Part shown: in pieces, positions 40,068-54,100 of the stretch | Layout: each line of letters opens with the position of its first letter | Numbering within the stretch: position 1 is the first letter of the stretch | Source of the DNA: the human T2T-CHM13v2.0 reference genome, Homo sapiens | DNA: 64,000 nucleotides | Assembly (NCBI RefSeq): GCF_009914755.1 | Contig: NC_060929.1 | Reading direction: 5' to 3' (one strand) | Position numbers and translations under genes: made by a program | The notes under the pieces: model-generated | Told to the model about the DNA's origin: nothing | Seen by the model: the letters and a program-made list of their open reading frames with translations, nothing else | Database searches by the model: none

Positions 40068-40351
40068 GGCCAGTCATGGTGGCTCACATTTGTAATCCCA
40101 GCACTTGGAGAGGCTGAGGCAGGAGGATTGCTTGAGGCAGGCCAGGAGATCAAGACTAGCTTGGGCAAAATACCGAGACCCTATCTCTATAGTTGTTTTT
40201 TTTGTTTGTTTGTTTTGTTTTTTTGTTTTTTTTTTAAATTAGCTGGGCATAGTGGTGCACATCTGTAGTCCCAGGTACTCAGGAGGCTGTGTTGGGAAGA
40301 TCACTTCACCCACAAAGTTTGAGGCTACAGTGAGCTATGGTTAAAAAAAAA
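40068..40351 (+). mobile_element. AluJ-type with T-rich linker and shortened right arm
   Basis: Alu arms present; flanked by aaaaataaataag / aaaaatagataag. Confidence 0.9.
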
Positions 40352-42009
40352 TAGATAAGGTACCAAAGCTAGCTAAAGATAAAGGGGATCAGATTAAATC
40401 GTAGATGTTTGAGGAAGGGAGTAACGTTATGTCTGCTCAATGCAATGTCATGTTTATTCAAGCAATAAACTGGGAAACCAATACAGGAGTTTTATGAGGT
40501 AATCTAGGTCTTTACTGCAATGGGCAGCAGGAGATTGGCAAGGAAGGGGCAGAAACTTAAGACACTGTGGAGAAGATCTAATTGGACTTCTTAGCTATGG
40601 GGAAAGAGTCAGAAATACAGGGGAAAGGAGAAGTACATTTTTAAGCTCAGGAGACTGAAACAATAATAAAACCACTTGAAGAAATGAGAAGAGTGTATAG
40701 AAGAGTCACTTTTAAGAAAAAGAAGATAAATATTATTTGGAAAATGTGGCATGGGAAGGGAGACTCTAATGTTCAATGTCCTGTAGTTTGTTGTAAAAAT
40801 ATGGCTAGAATGCAAGTAAAATAGCAAGACTGAGATTGCTGATTTGTGGGTCATTAGCTTGAAGTCAATATAAGTAAGGAAACACATTATTTTTTAAGTT
40901 AATAATTCTGGATTGTGAGCCTCTGAGAAAAAATAAGTTTTTGAACAATATTACAAATAAAACATACAGTGAATTTTAACTAATTTCTACATTTACTTAC
41001 AGACTCTCAACATTAACACAAATGACTGACAAAAACACATACAAACCACTTTCCTCTATGTATTTTAAATTATTACTTATTGAAGGTCAATATTTTATAA
41101 AACTACAATAGTTGAATTATCAAAATGAATACACTTTGGTTTTAGAATCCACAAGATCAATGATAAACCATAAAATATATTCTGATAGTTATGTTTTAGT
41201 AAGTCACAATTCCTTTTAAATTCCATTCATATTTTTAAAAGTGAGCTGTTCACCTGTTGATTTAAACTCAATTGAAGTGCTGCTGATGAATAATATTCAC
41301 AGGGAGAATCATTACACCCAACTGACTGACAGTTAATGAAGAAAAAAAACCTTATAAAGACAGATGGTATGTGTTACAACTGTCATAAAAAGTAGACCAC
41401 ATTCTAATTTGCACATCTAGACATTTGCTGAGAAGCATGCCTGCTATGAAATGTTTCAACAAGGGACCAAGCTGTAGCATAAGGCACTCTTCTGTTCTGC
41501 TTTGCGTGACCCTGTGGCAGCTATCAAAGATATCACTTTAAATATACTGAGAGAAAATATGTCTGTGTCTGCAGCTAAGCAGACAGTATCCTAGGATATA
41601 AAAAAGCCAAACCAAAACAAGTTCTTAATAAATTCAAAAATTTTATTAAGAAACCACCACTGTACTTGAAAATCAATATTATGCCTTTTCTTTTTATTAG
41701 TAATGCCTTATTCCAGTGTTTGAACCCTTTGATAGACTTTAATTGCCACTGAAGAGACTTACATTTCATATATTTAGTGAAAGCGAAATATGAATATTTC
41801 TACTTATATGAATGAGTGTACATAAGTATAGCCTTTGCAATTCTGTCAAATATAATATGACACTACAAAATCAAATGTGCCACTTAAAGGTAATTCAAAT
41901 GTAGAATGTGGTTCAAAACACTGATGTTATGCAATGCCATGTAGAGTTGAAGGAACTAGATCAACGCCAAGAAACTAATGGTTGGACAAGAACCAGTCAG
42001 CCAGCCATG

Positions 42010-42895
42010 CATTTAACTAATATTTACTGAGTGAATGCTAGATGCCAGCCACTGTTCTCTGTACTAAAGAAAAAGACAAACTGCTTCTCTTGGTATACTT
42101 AATTCCAATGGACAGAGACAGATATAAAGAAAGTAAGTATAACAGTATCAGTTTATTATGAATGTTATGAGAATAATAGAAGATGGTAATATGACCAACA
42201 ATGACTAGAAGAAGAAAACTACTGTAGACAGAATGAGAGCAAAACTTCCATGAGGAGGTGATATTCAAGCTAAGATCTAGCTGATGAAGAAGAGTTAATC
42301 ATTGAAGGAACAAGGGAAAAGCATTTCCAAGAGTGGAGGATGAAAAATGCAAAGGCTTTGAACCTAGAATAGCTTGCTAGTTTAGAGAAAGAGGAGAAAA
42401 TACAGAACGAATGTATTACAAGACACCTGAGGGTCATGGGACAAGACTATGTCAGGTAGGTATGACCTTTACTTAGATACACTCTGAATGGTCACAGCCA
42501 ATTTGTGGGCCATGGAAAAGAGTTCAGATTTTATTCTTAGTATAACAAATAACTATCATGGCTTTTTTTTTCACTAATTCAAAATCATAAGATGCTTGTT
42601 AAATATTAGTCAACAACTCATTCCTCTCTCAATAGAATACTAGTAAAAGGTACATTTTCCCTGGATACAATTTTATTACCTATAAGCTTCATGTTCTACA
42701 TTAGCTCTCTAGACTTGTTCATCCTATATGTCTGCTACTTTGTATTATAGCTTTTTAAATGAGAAAAGGAACTGTCACATTTTACCTTTTCGCTTCTTGG
42801 TAGAAAATGGACTCTATGGAATATAAGAGGGAAGCAGGAAGACATTTAACTCTTTGAAGTAATCTAGAAGCAAAGTGATGATAGTTTGGACTTGG
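42010..42895 (-). mobile_element. L2 fragments, with a small L1M piece near 42620-42745
   Basis: atatttactgagtgaatgctagatgccag, ttccatgaggaggtgatattcaagctaagatct, aatgcaaaggctttga. Confidence 0.65.
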
Positions 42896-42899
42896 CAAA

Positions 42900-43575
42900 G
42901 GTACACTAAAGAATTAACCATGCTCAAAGAGAGGGTTGGCCTTTGTCCTTGGCTCTGGGCAGTAATCTCATAGGCCTTGGAATGTCCTGACTAATAAAAA
43001 TGACATTATTTACCTGGGGTCTTTGGGTATGTTAAATAGTTTATGCTATAAGATTTGATTCATGGTGGGGTGGCTTGGGCCACACTCTATCAGTTTGAAC
43101 ATTGGTGGGGCCAGATACTAGAGACAGCCATGCTGCAGGCAGTTAACCAAGTGTATGTGACCAAGCCCCCCCAAAAATTGTAAATTGCAAAGCTTGGTGA
43201 ACTTCCATAGTTGACCATACTCTATGTATATTGTCACACATCATTGCTAGAAGTAAATGTTCTTCACACAACTTCTCTGGGAGAGGATAATGGGAAGCTC
43301 TGTACTTGAGTCTTTCCTGGACTCTGCTCTATGTACCTCTTCCTTTGGCTGATTTTAATTTATATCCTTTCACATATAAACCATAACCCTGAGTAAAATG
43401 ACCTTGCTGAATTCTGTGAGTCCTTCTAGCAAATTATCAAACATGAGTGATGTCTTAGGGATCTCCAGACTTGTAGTTGGTGTTAGAAGGGAGGGTGGTT
43501 CTGGAGACTCCCAAACTTGCAGCTGGTGTCAAAAGAGAGGGTAGTCATGAGGACTCTTGAACTTCAGAGGAGACA
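42900..43575 (+). mobile_element. MER21C-like LTR
   Basis: taaagaattaaccatgctcaaagagagg...ggcctttgtccttggct...gaattctgtgagtccttctagcaaattatcaaac. Confidence 0.75.
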
Positions 43576-44045
43576 ACAATAGAGATAGGGGTAGAAAAAT
43601 TAGGAATATACTTTTGGATAGCAGGATACAAAGAATTCTAGGACACTATTTTCAGAATATTGTTATACTATAATAATACAAATAATGATAATGATGATAT
43701 ATGTATCACTATATATGTACATAATATATATTAGTGAAATTGTTATTTTGCATATATCATCATTATTGATCATTACATATATTAAACAAATATTCAACAG
43801 AATAAACTGAAGAGAACTGAGGTATTATATGCCCATATTTTGTTGTAGGTAATATGGAAAACCAAACTTTAAAAGTTAGCTGATTCTTTTATTAGAATGT
43901 GGTAGTTGATTGAAGCACAATTGCAAATAGGATGCCAAAAGGTAGATGAATAATGAAGACACTGAGTAGAATTTGCTTAACTTGAAATTTCATGATCTTT
44001 TCTAATTGTCAATTATGAAAATGTATTAACTAAAAATAATTATTG

Positions 44046-46595
44046 TGGCCAAGATGGCTGACTAGAAGCAGCTAAGGTGTGTGGCTCTTGTGGAGAGAAA
44101 TGGAAGGGGCGAGTAAATACAGCACCTTCAAATGAACCATTCAGGTACTACAGTTGAGACTAATCAAAAAACAACTCAACCCATGGAGAATGGAGAAAAG
44201 CAAGGCAGAATGGTGGCCAACCAGGGAGCAACATGGAGCCAAGCAAACCTCCCCCACTCAGAGAAGCAGTGAGTGAATGTGTGACCCTGGGAAACCATGC
44301 TTCTCCCACAGATCTTTGCAACCCTCAGGTCAGGAGATACATCATGAATCCCCTCCACCAGGGCCTACAGTCTGACACAGGGTTATGTAGAGTTTCAGCA
44401 GAGCAGCTGCTCAGGCATACAAGGGGACCCGGGAGCTTAGATGTTCTTGCTTTCTGGGCTTCCTGGCAAAAGTAGCCACAACTCCAGCAAAAAAGGAGGT
44501 TAGGTCCCTGTACATACTCCTAGGAAAGAGGCTGAATCCAGGGGGCCGCGCAGTGATGGTCCGCAGACTTCAATTCCACAGCACCTTGCAGGCCATCTAA
44601 ATAGGAAGAGAGGAAGTCAAACTATCTCTGTTTGCAGATGGCATGATCCTACTTTTTGAAAACCCCATTGTCTTAGCCCAAAAGCTTCTTAAGCTGATTA
44701 ACAACTTCAGCAAAGTCTCAGCATGCAAAATCGATGCGCAAAAATTGTTAGCATTCCTATACACCAAAAGCGGTCCAGCCTAAGGCCAAATTTGGAATGA
44801 ACTCCCATTCACAAGTGTCACAAAAAGAATGAAATACCAAGGAATACAGCTAACTATGGCAGTGAAAGATCTCTACAAGGAGAACTACAAACCACTGCTC
44901 AAAGGAATCAAAGACAATACAAACAAATGGAAAAACATTCCATGCTTATAGATAAGAAGAATCAATATTGTTAAAATGGCCATACTGCCTAAAGCAATTT
45001 ATAGATTCAGTGCTATTCCTATTAAACTATCACTGACATTCTTGACAGAACTAGAAAATACTGAAAATCTATATGGAATAACAACAAAAAAAGCCTGAAT
45101 AGCCACGGCAATTCTAAGCAAAAAGAACAAAGCTGGAGGCATTAAGCTACCCGACTTCAAACTATACTGCGGGGCTACATTAGCCAAAACAGCATGATAC
45201 TGATACAAAAACAGATACATAGACCAATGGAACAGAATAGAGAACCCAGAAATAAGACCACACACCTACAATTATCTTATCTTCAGTAAACCTAACAAAA
45301 ACAAGCACTGGGGAAAGGATTTCCTATTCAATAAATGGTGCTGAGATAACTGGCTAGCCACATGCAGGAGATTGAAACTGGACCACTTCCTAACACTATG
45401 TACAAAAATTCACTCGATATCAATTAAAAACTTAACTGTAAGACCCAAAACTATGAAAATCCTGGGAGACAACCTAGGCAATACTATCCAGGACACACAC
45501 ACAAGCAAATAAGTCATGACGAAGATACCAAAAGCATTGCAACAAAGCAAAACTTGAGAAATGGAATATAACTAAACTAAACGGCTACTGCACAGCAAAA
45601 GAAACTATGAACAGAGTAGACAATCTTGGGAATGGGAGAAAATTTTTGCACATTATGTATCTGACAAATATCTAACATGCAGCAACTATAAGAAAATTAA
45701 ACAAATTTACAAGAAAAAAAATCCCATAAAAAGTAGGCAAAAGATAGGAACAGACACATCTCAAAAGAAGACACACATGTGGCTAACAATCATATTTTAA
45801 AAAAGCTCAACATTACTGATCAGTATGGAAATGCAAATCAAAACCACAATGAGATACCATCTTACACCAGTCAGAATGGCAATTGTTAAAAGTAAAAAAA
45901 TAACAGGTGCTGGTGAAGTTGTGGAGGAAAAGAAATGCTTATACACTGTTGGTGGGAGTAAATTAGTTCAGCTATTGTGGAAGACAGTGTGGCAATTCCT
46001 CAAAGACCTAAGGACAGAAATACCATTCTACCCAGCAATCTCATTACTGAGTATATACCCAAAGGACTATAAATCATTTTATTATGAAGACACATGCATG
46101 TGTATATTCACTGCAGCACTATTCACAGCAGCAAAGACATAGAATCAACCTAAATGCTTATGAATAGTAGACTGGATAAAGAAAATGTGGTACACACATG
46201 CCATGGAATACTATGTAGCCATAAAAAATAATGAGATCATGTCTTTTGCAGGGACATGGGTGGAGCTTAAGGCCATTATCCTTAGAAACTAATACAAGAA
46301 CAGAAAACCAAATACTGCCTGTTCTTACTTATAAGTGGGAGCTAAATGATGACAACACATGGAGACACAGAGAGGAACAACATACACTGGGGCCTTTTTG
46401 GAGGGTGGAGGGTGGGAGGAGGGAGAAGATCAGGATACATAACTAATGGGTACTAGGCTTAGTGATAGTGACCTGGGTGATAAAATAATCTGTACAACCA
46501 ATCCCCATGACACAAGTTTACCTATGTAACAAAACTGTACTTGTATCTCTGAATTTAAAATAGAAGTTAAAAAATTAAAATTAAAAATTAAAAAA
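44046..46595 (+). mobile_element. L1PA13-like element with both ends and a large internal deletion
   Basis: Starts ggccaagatggctgactagaagcagc; at ~44592 jumps to ORF2 [13 protein letters not shown]; runs to 3'UTR and A-rich tail. Confidence 0.9.
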
Positions 46596-48690
46596 ATGAT
46601 ATTACAAAAACATATAAAAATAATTAACTTCTGGAATTCTAACTGGAAACCAAGGATAAAAGTAGTTGATTCTCTTTTCAATAATAATTGTGATTCTAAT
46701 AAATAAACTACAGGAATATCAGACTTCTGACTTTTGGATTTATTTTAAATTTCACTAAGCTAAATTTATTCTACCAAGAGATGGAATAATAATTATAAGT
46801 AGATAATTCTCACAGATTTCTGTATTCCAGGGGCAACAAGGAAATAAAGAAGAAAATAACAAAAATGTTCTTGGAAATTGTAAAAAAGAATATGAATATT
46901 TTACCTTTATAACTACATTATGTTACATGCAAAACCTTTTTAAAACCCATAATCTTGAAGAAACTAAGATTCCGAGAGATATAACAAGTTGCCTTAAGTA
47001 ATCTAAAACTGAGCTGTGACTCATCCAAAATTGCTGACATCCAAAATTGGTGACACCAAATCTAGTCCAGTGAAAATTTGTTCACCTATAACTGCCTTTC
47101 TTGAAATCGTATTGGTGTTATTTCTCCTCCTCTTCTTACCTAAATATTTCCTACTTCATCCCATTTGAGGACTTTTATTAATTCTTCTACTCAGTAACCA
47201 CTGATTAGAAGGGATCTCTTTAAAAAGTGAAAAAATTCTCGTGACATCGGCAAGATGGCATAATAGAAAACACTGGACTCTCTTTTCTATCGTGGAAACA
47301 TCAATTCGATAGGAACAAATGGATCAATTCTCATTATGAAAAATCCAGAAACTAGTAGAAGGGCTTAGATTTAGCATGTAAATCTAGCCACACTAAAACC
47401 AGTAGTAAAAGCAGAAACACCCTTGTGCCATAACCCCTACCATTTGCACAGTGCTATACAATTTAGAAAACACAATTGGCTGGACACTTCGCAAATCTAG
47501 GAAGAAAAATGTACATCCAGATCCAGGAGGCCCAAAAGATCTCAAATAAAATTAACCCAAAGAAATTCACACTGAGACACATTATATTCTAGATATCAAA
47601 AGTATAGGAGATAATTTTGAAAGCAGTGAGAGAAAAACAACTTGTCATGTCAAGGGGATGATTGTAAGACTACCCAAAGATTTTTTTAAGCAGGAATTTT
47701 GCCTGCCAGAAGGGAGTGAGATGATATGTTCAAAGGGATGGAAGAAAAAAAATCTGCCAGGAAGATACTATACCTGGAAAACTGCAGTTTAAAAAAAAAA
47801 AACCGAAATACTTTCTCAGACAAACAAAAGTTGAGGGAACACATTATAACTAGAATTGCCTTACAACAAATCCTAAAGGGAGTTCTTCAACTTGAAAAAA
47901 AGGGATGCTAAACTACAATATGATAGCATAAGAAAATATAAAACTCATTGGTAAAGATCTTGATACTTAATACTACACTTAATACTATATTAGTATAACA
48001 ATGGTAAGTAAATCAATTTAAAAATATGTTAATGTATACATAATATAAATAGATGTTAATTGTGACATCATAAGCATAAAATGTTTATTAGAGCTTTGAG
48101 AAGTGTAGAGTTTTGTATAAGATTGATGTTGTTTTCAACACAAAATAGATTGTTGTATTTTAGGTAAGACCCATATTAATCTCAAAGGAAATACCTACAG
48201 AAGTTACACGAAAGAAAAAGAGAAAGGAATCAAGGCATGCAAATAACAAACACAAACACATACACACACACACAAAAGAAGACAGAGCAGGAAAAGAGAG
48301 ACAAAAATAAAACATGTAACAAAATGGCAATAATAAATCCTTATATATCAATAATTACTTTAAACGTAGATTAAACTTCCCAATCAAAAGACATAAAGTG
48401 GCTAAGTGTATAAAAAAATAGGACCCAAACATAAAGTATCTATAAGGGGGTCACTTTATATTTAAGGATACACATAGGCTGAAAGTAAGGCATGGAAAAG
48501 ACATTCTACGCAAATGATAATGAAAAGAAGCCAGAGTGGCTATACTTATACAGAAAAAAGAAACAGGCTTTAAGTCAAAAAACGGTCACAATAGACTAAG
48601 AAAAATATTATGTAATATAAAAGGATCAATCCACTAAAAAGATATAACAATTATAAATATATATGCAACCAAGATAAGAGCACCTAAATA

Positions 48691-49081
48691 CAGACATTTG
48701 CCACATAACAGTGTTTCAGTCAACAACAGACTGCATATATGACAGTTGTCCCATAAGATTATAGTGGATAGAGTTGAAAAAAATTATATTAGCTGGTGAC
48801 ATTTAGCTGTTGTAATGTTGTAGTGCAATGCATTACCTTTTCTATGTTTAGAGACACAAACAGTTAGCATTGTGTTGCAATTGCCTATAGTATTCAGTAC
48901 ATTAACATACTGTATATGTTTGTAGCCTAGGAGCAATAGGCTATACCAGGTACCCTAGGTATTTAGTAGGCTATACCATCTAGGTGTGTGTAAGTATACT
49001 CTATTATGCTTGCATAGTGGTAAAATTGCCTAATGATGCATTTTTAAGAACATATCCTTATTCTTAAGCAATGCATAACTA
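48691..49081 (+). mobile_element. Tigger3-family DNA transposon derivative
   Basis: cagacatttgccacataacagtgtttcagtcaac...cttaagcaatgcataacta; flanked by TA. Confidence 0.85.
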
Positions 49082-49409
49082 TATATGAGGCAAACATTGA
49101 CAGAACTAAAGGGAGAAATACAGCAATACAATAATAGTAGGAAATTTCAATAATAAGGATGACAACCAGACAGAAAATTAATGAAGAAACAGCCAACTTG
49201 CACAATACTAAAGACTAAATAGACCTAAAAGGCATATACAGATCACATAACCCCAAACAGGATAATTTTTTTTTCAAGTACACATAAAAATTTCTCCAGA
49301 ACAGATCACTTAATAGGTCACAATGAACGTCTTCACAAATTCAAGAAGATTGAAACTATGCTAAATGTTTTTCAACCACAGTGGAATGAAACTACCAACT
49401 AATAGTGGA

Positions 49410-51105
49410 TGAGAGCCAAATCAAGAATGCAATCCCATTTACAATAGCCACAAAGAAATACAATACCTAGGAATAGATCTAACCAAGGAGGTGGTTAGAT
49501 CTCTATAAGGAGAACTATAAAACACTGCTGAAAGAAGTCAGAGGTGATACAAACAAATGGAAAAACATTCTATGCTCATGGACAGAATAATTAATATCAT
49601 AAAATGGCTATACTGCCCAAAGCAATATACAGAGTCAACACAATTCTTACCAAACTACCAGTATTATTTTTTACAGAAATAGAAAAAAAACACAATTCTA
49701 AAATTCATATGAAATTGAAAAATAGCCCAAATTGCCAAAGCAATCCTAAGCAAAGAGAACAAAGCCAGAGGCATTACATTAACCAACTTCAAGCTATACA
49801 ACAAGGCTACAGTAGCCAAAACAGCATGGTACTAGTACAAAAACAGACACACAGATCAGTGGAACAGTATAGAGAACCGAGAAATGAAGCCACATACTTA
49901 CAACCATCTGATCTTTGACAAAGTCAACAATAACAAGAAGTGAGAAAGTACTCTCTATTCAATAAGTGGTGCTGGGATAACTTGCTAGCTATAGGCAGAA
50001 GATTGAAACTGGGACCCCTTCCTTAAACTATATACAAAAATTAATTCAGACTTAATTAAAGACTTAAATGTGAGACTACAAACTATAAAAATCCTAGAAG
50101 AAAACCTAAGAAATGCCATTCTTGACACAGGCTCTGAGAAAGAATTCATGATGAAGACACCAATAGCAATTAAAACAAAACCAAAAATTGACAAGTGGGA
50201 ACTAATTAAAGAGCTTCTGCACAGTCAAAGGAACCATCAACAGAGTAAACAGACAACCTACAAAATGAGAGAAAATATTTGCAAAGTATGCATCCAACAA
50301 AGGTCTGATGAATCTATAAGGAACTTAAACAAATTAAAAAGGAAAAACCAAACAACTCCATTAAAAAAAATGGGCAAGGACATGAACAGACACTTCTCAA
50401 AAGAAGACATACATGCATCCAAAAAGCATATAAAAAAGTCCAACATCTCTAGTCATTAGAGAAATGCAAATTAAAACTACAATGAGATACCATCTCACAC
50501 CAAACAGAGTGACTGTTATTTAAAAATCAAAAAATAACAGATTCCGGCAAAAGTTGCAGAGAAAAGGGAATGCTTATACACTGTTGGTGGGAATGTAAAT
50601 TAGTTCAGCCACAGTGGAAAGCAGTTTGGAGATTTCTCAAAGTTCTTAAAACAGAACTATGATTCGACTCAGCAATCTCATTACTGCGTATATACCCAGA
50701 AGAAAATAAATTATTCTACCAAAAAGACAACATGCACTTGTACATTCATTGTAGCACTATCCATAATAGCAAAGACATGGAATCAACCTAGATGTCCATC
50801 AACAGTGAACTGGATAAAAAACATATGGTACATATACACCATGGCATACTACACAGCCATAAAAAGAATGAAATAATATCGTTTATGGCAACATGTATGC
50901 AACTGAAAACCATTATCCCAAGCAAATTAATATAGGAACAGAAAACCAAATACCACATGTTCTCACTTATAAGGGGGAGCTAAACATTGAGTACACACGG
51001 ACATAAAGATGGCAATAATAGACACTGGGACTACTAGAGGTGGAAACGAGGGGAAGAGGCAGTGGCTGAAATACTAATTATTGGGTACTATGTTCACTAA
51101 CCTGG
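49410..51105 (+). mobile_element. L1PA15/16-like ORF2 3' half and partial 3'UTR, no poly(A)
   Basis: [10 protein letters not shown] (49604), [22 protein letters not shown]; 3'UTR gagctaaacattgagtacac...gggtactatgttcactaacctgg. Confidence 0.85.
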
Positions 51106-54100
51106 AGCTCACTACCTGTACCAGGAACAAGCCAAGGTTGTCTACTCTGGTGATGTCTATTTAACAGAGTCCTGAAAGTGCTAGCCAGAGCAATTAGGCA
51201 AGATAAACAAATAAAAGGCATCCAAATAAGACAGGAAGAAGTGAAAGTATCTCTGTTTGCAGACGACATAATCTTATATGAAGAAAATCCTAAAGACCCC
51301 ACAAAATCAAGTGCGTTAAAACCAATAAAGTAAACTAATTTAGTAAACTTGAATGGTACAAAATCAACACACAAAAATTGTTTCTATACACTAATAACAA
51401 ACTATACAAAAAGGAAATTAGTAAAACATTACATTTATGATAGCAACAAAAAGAATAAAATACTTAGGAATAAATTTAAGCAAATTAGTTAGACTTCTGC
51501 ATTAAAAGCCACAAAACATTGTTTAAAAACTTAAATGAGACACAAATGAAAAGACATCCTTTGTTCCTAGATTGAAATACTTAATATTTTAAAAATGTTT
51601 ACACTACCTAACGTAATCTACAAATTCAATACTGTCTCCATCAAAATCTCAATGGCATTTTAGACAGAAATAGAAAAAGAAACTCAAACATTTCAATGGC
51701 CTAAAAAGATCCCAACTAGCCAAAACAATCTTGAAAAAGAACAAAGTCAAAGGCATCACATTTACTGATTTCAAAGTATACTTCAAGGCTACATAAATTA
51801 AAACAGTACCAGCCTAAAGACTGATATATAGACTAATGGAACAGAATAGAGATCCCAGAAATAAATCCACACATATACGGCCAACTGATATTCTACATGA
51901 GTACCATGAATATATAATGGGAAAAGGATAGTCTCTTCAACAAATGGTGTTGGGGAAACTGGATATCCATATATAAATAATAAAATTAGACCCTTATGCT
52001 ATACACAAAAATCAACTCAAAATTGATTAGAGACAAACAGAAGACCTGAAACTAAAACTCATAGAAGAAAATATGGGGAAAATACTCTTAAAATTGGTTT
52101 TAGCAATGATTTTTCGGAAATAACACCAAAAGCACAGGCAACAAAAACAAAAATAAGTTCAAGTGGAACTACATCAAATAAAAAAGCTTCTGTACAACAA
52201 AAGAAAAAATCAACAGAGTAAAATGACATCTTACAGAATGGGGGGATTATATTTGCAGACATCTATATGTTGAAACATTAATCTTGAAAATAAGAAACTC
52301 TTAAAACTCAATAGTAAAATAAAACTAATAACTTGATTACAAAATGGGCAAAGGACTTAAATAGACATTTCTCCAAAGAAACATAGAAGTAGCCAAATGG
52401 TATGTGAAAATATGCTCAATATCACTAATTATCAAGGAAATACGAATCAAAAGCACAATTAAATATCACTTCACAACTGTTAGAATATCTATTATCAAAA
52501 AAAAAAAAAAAAAAGAAGAAAAAGACAAGTGTCGGCAGGGTTGTGAGGAAATTGGAATCCCTGCAGTACACTACTGGTAGGAATGCAAAGTGGTATTACT
52601 GCTACAGAAAACAGCATACAATTTCCTCTAAAAATTAAAAATGGAAGGGCTATATGATCTGGCAATTCCACTTCTGGATATTGATCCAAAGGAATTAAAA
52701 TCAGGATCTCAAAGAGATATTAGCATTACCATATTCATTGCAGCACTGTTTATAATAGTCAAGATACGGAAACAACCTAAATGTCTGTTGACAGATGAAT
52801 GGATAAGGAAAATGTCATATATATATAAAATGAAATATATTCACACCAAGAAGAAAAAGAAAATCCTGCAATATGCAACAACATGGATGAAGCCTGAAAA
52901 CATTACGCTAAGTGAATTAAGCCAATCACAGAAGGGTAACTACTACATGATTCCACTAAATGAGGTATCTAAAATAGTTAAGCTGCCCGAGGCAAAGAAT
53001 AGAATGGCAGTTACCAGAGGTTGGTGGAGGCAATAAGAGAATTGCGAATCAATGGGTATAACATTTCAGTAATACAAGATGAATAAGTTCTAGAGATCTG
53101 CTGTAAAACATTGTGTCTCTAGATGCAGGATTCATGTGTTTGATTAAATTAGTGATGTCTCTGTCTGTGAACATATTATGTTACTCTTGATGGATGGGAG
53201 GAGTGAAGTGTAAAGTGACACTATAATTTTAGCATTCATTTCTGGACCATATTAAATGACAGAAAAAACATTCTGAAGCATGCTGAAGGATCTTAATATA
53301 ATTCTTACTACTGTAACAAAGAAATTTACAAGCACTTAGCGAGTTATTTTCATTAATGAATATATATCACCATAATTAATTAAGATAGGAAGCCTAAATC
53401 TATCTTATTTTTTCTTCTCTGCTATGATATATTATTATAAAAATTAATTTTTAAAGTGACAAGTTGGAATGTACTTTAGCACCATAAATACTTTGGAAAC
53501 ATTGCATTATTTCTGGTTCATGGGTCTTTTCCCTCTGTGTTCAGCTACAGGTGGATTTTAGACCACTGGATCTGAATGGAATACTTTGTATTGTTTATTC
53601 TTCAAATATGTAAGGACGATTCCCATAAGATTCCCAGCTCCTTCTTCTTAAGTAGGTGAAGACCTTTACATGGTAAAAAGCTTTGGATTGAAAGTTCCAG
53701 CGTGTGTTTTTAGCCCATCCCAACAAAAGGAACAGTTACCAACCATACAAGGGAATAAACAGAATGGGAGATAATAGGAAACTTTTAGTTTGAACATGTA
53801 CAGGGCTAGATTAAAATTATTTAGTAGGAATGATAGCAAATCTTCTAGAGAAGAGTAGCAATGTTTTCCCTTCATCCTGGTTATGTGGGGCTTTGTGAAG
53901 ATGATGAAGTAAATTTAGAGGGTGAAGTCTCACCTCTATGGTTAATAACTATTTTCCACAGGCTCCATAGATTAAGCTTTAATTGTTGAAGCAGTGTTGA
54001 CAGGGTAGAAAATTGTCAGGTTTTCACAATGTTTGTTGGGAAAAAGCATTCTTAGACCGCAAAATATGCCTTCTATTCAAGATTTGGAAAATGGAGTAAA

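Larger units (their letters stand above)
47243..53120 (+). mobile_element. Old L1M (L1MA9/MB-like), interrupted by Tigger3 and a younger L1 segment
   Basis: 5' ggcaagatggc; ORF1 end (47726-47911); ORF2 [15 protein letters not shown] ~51235; ORF 52641-53036; 3'UTR gaataagttctagagatctgctgta. Confidence 0.85.
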
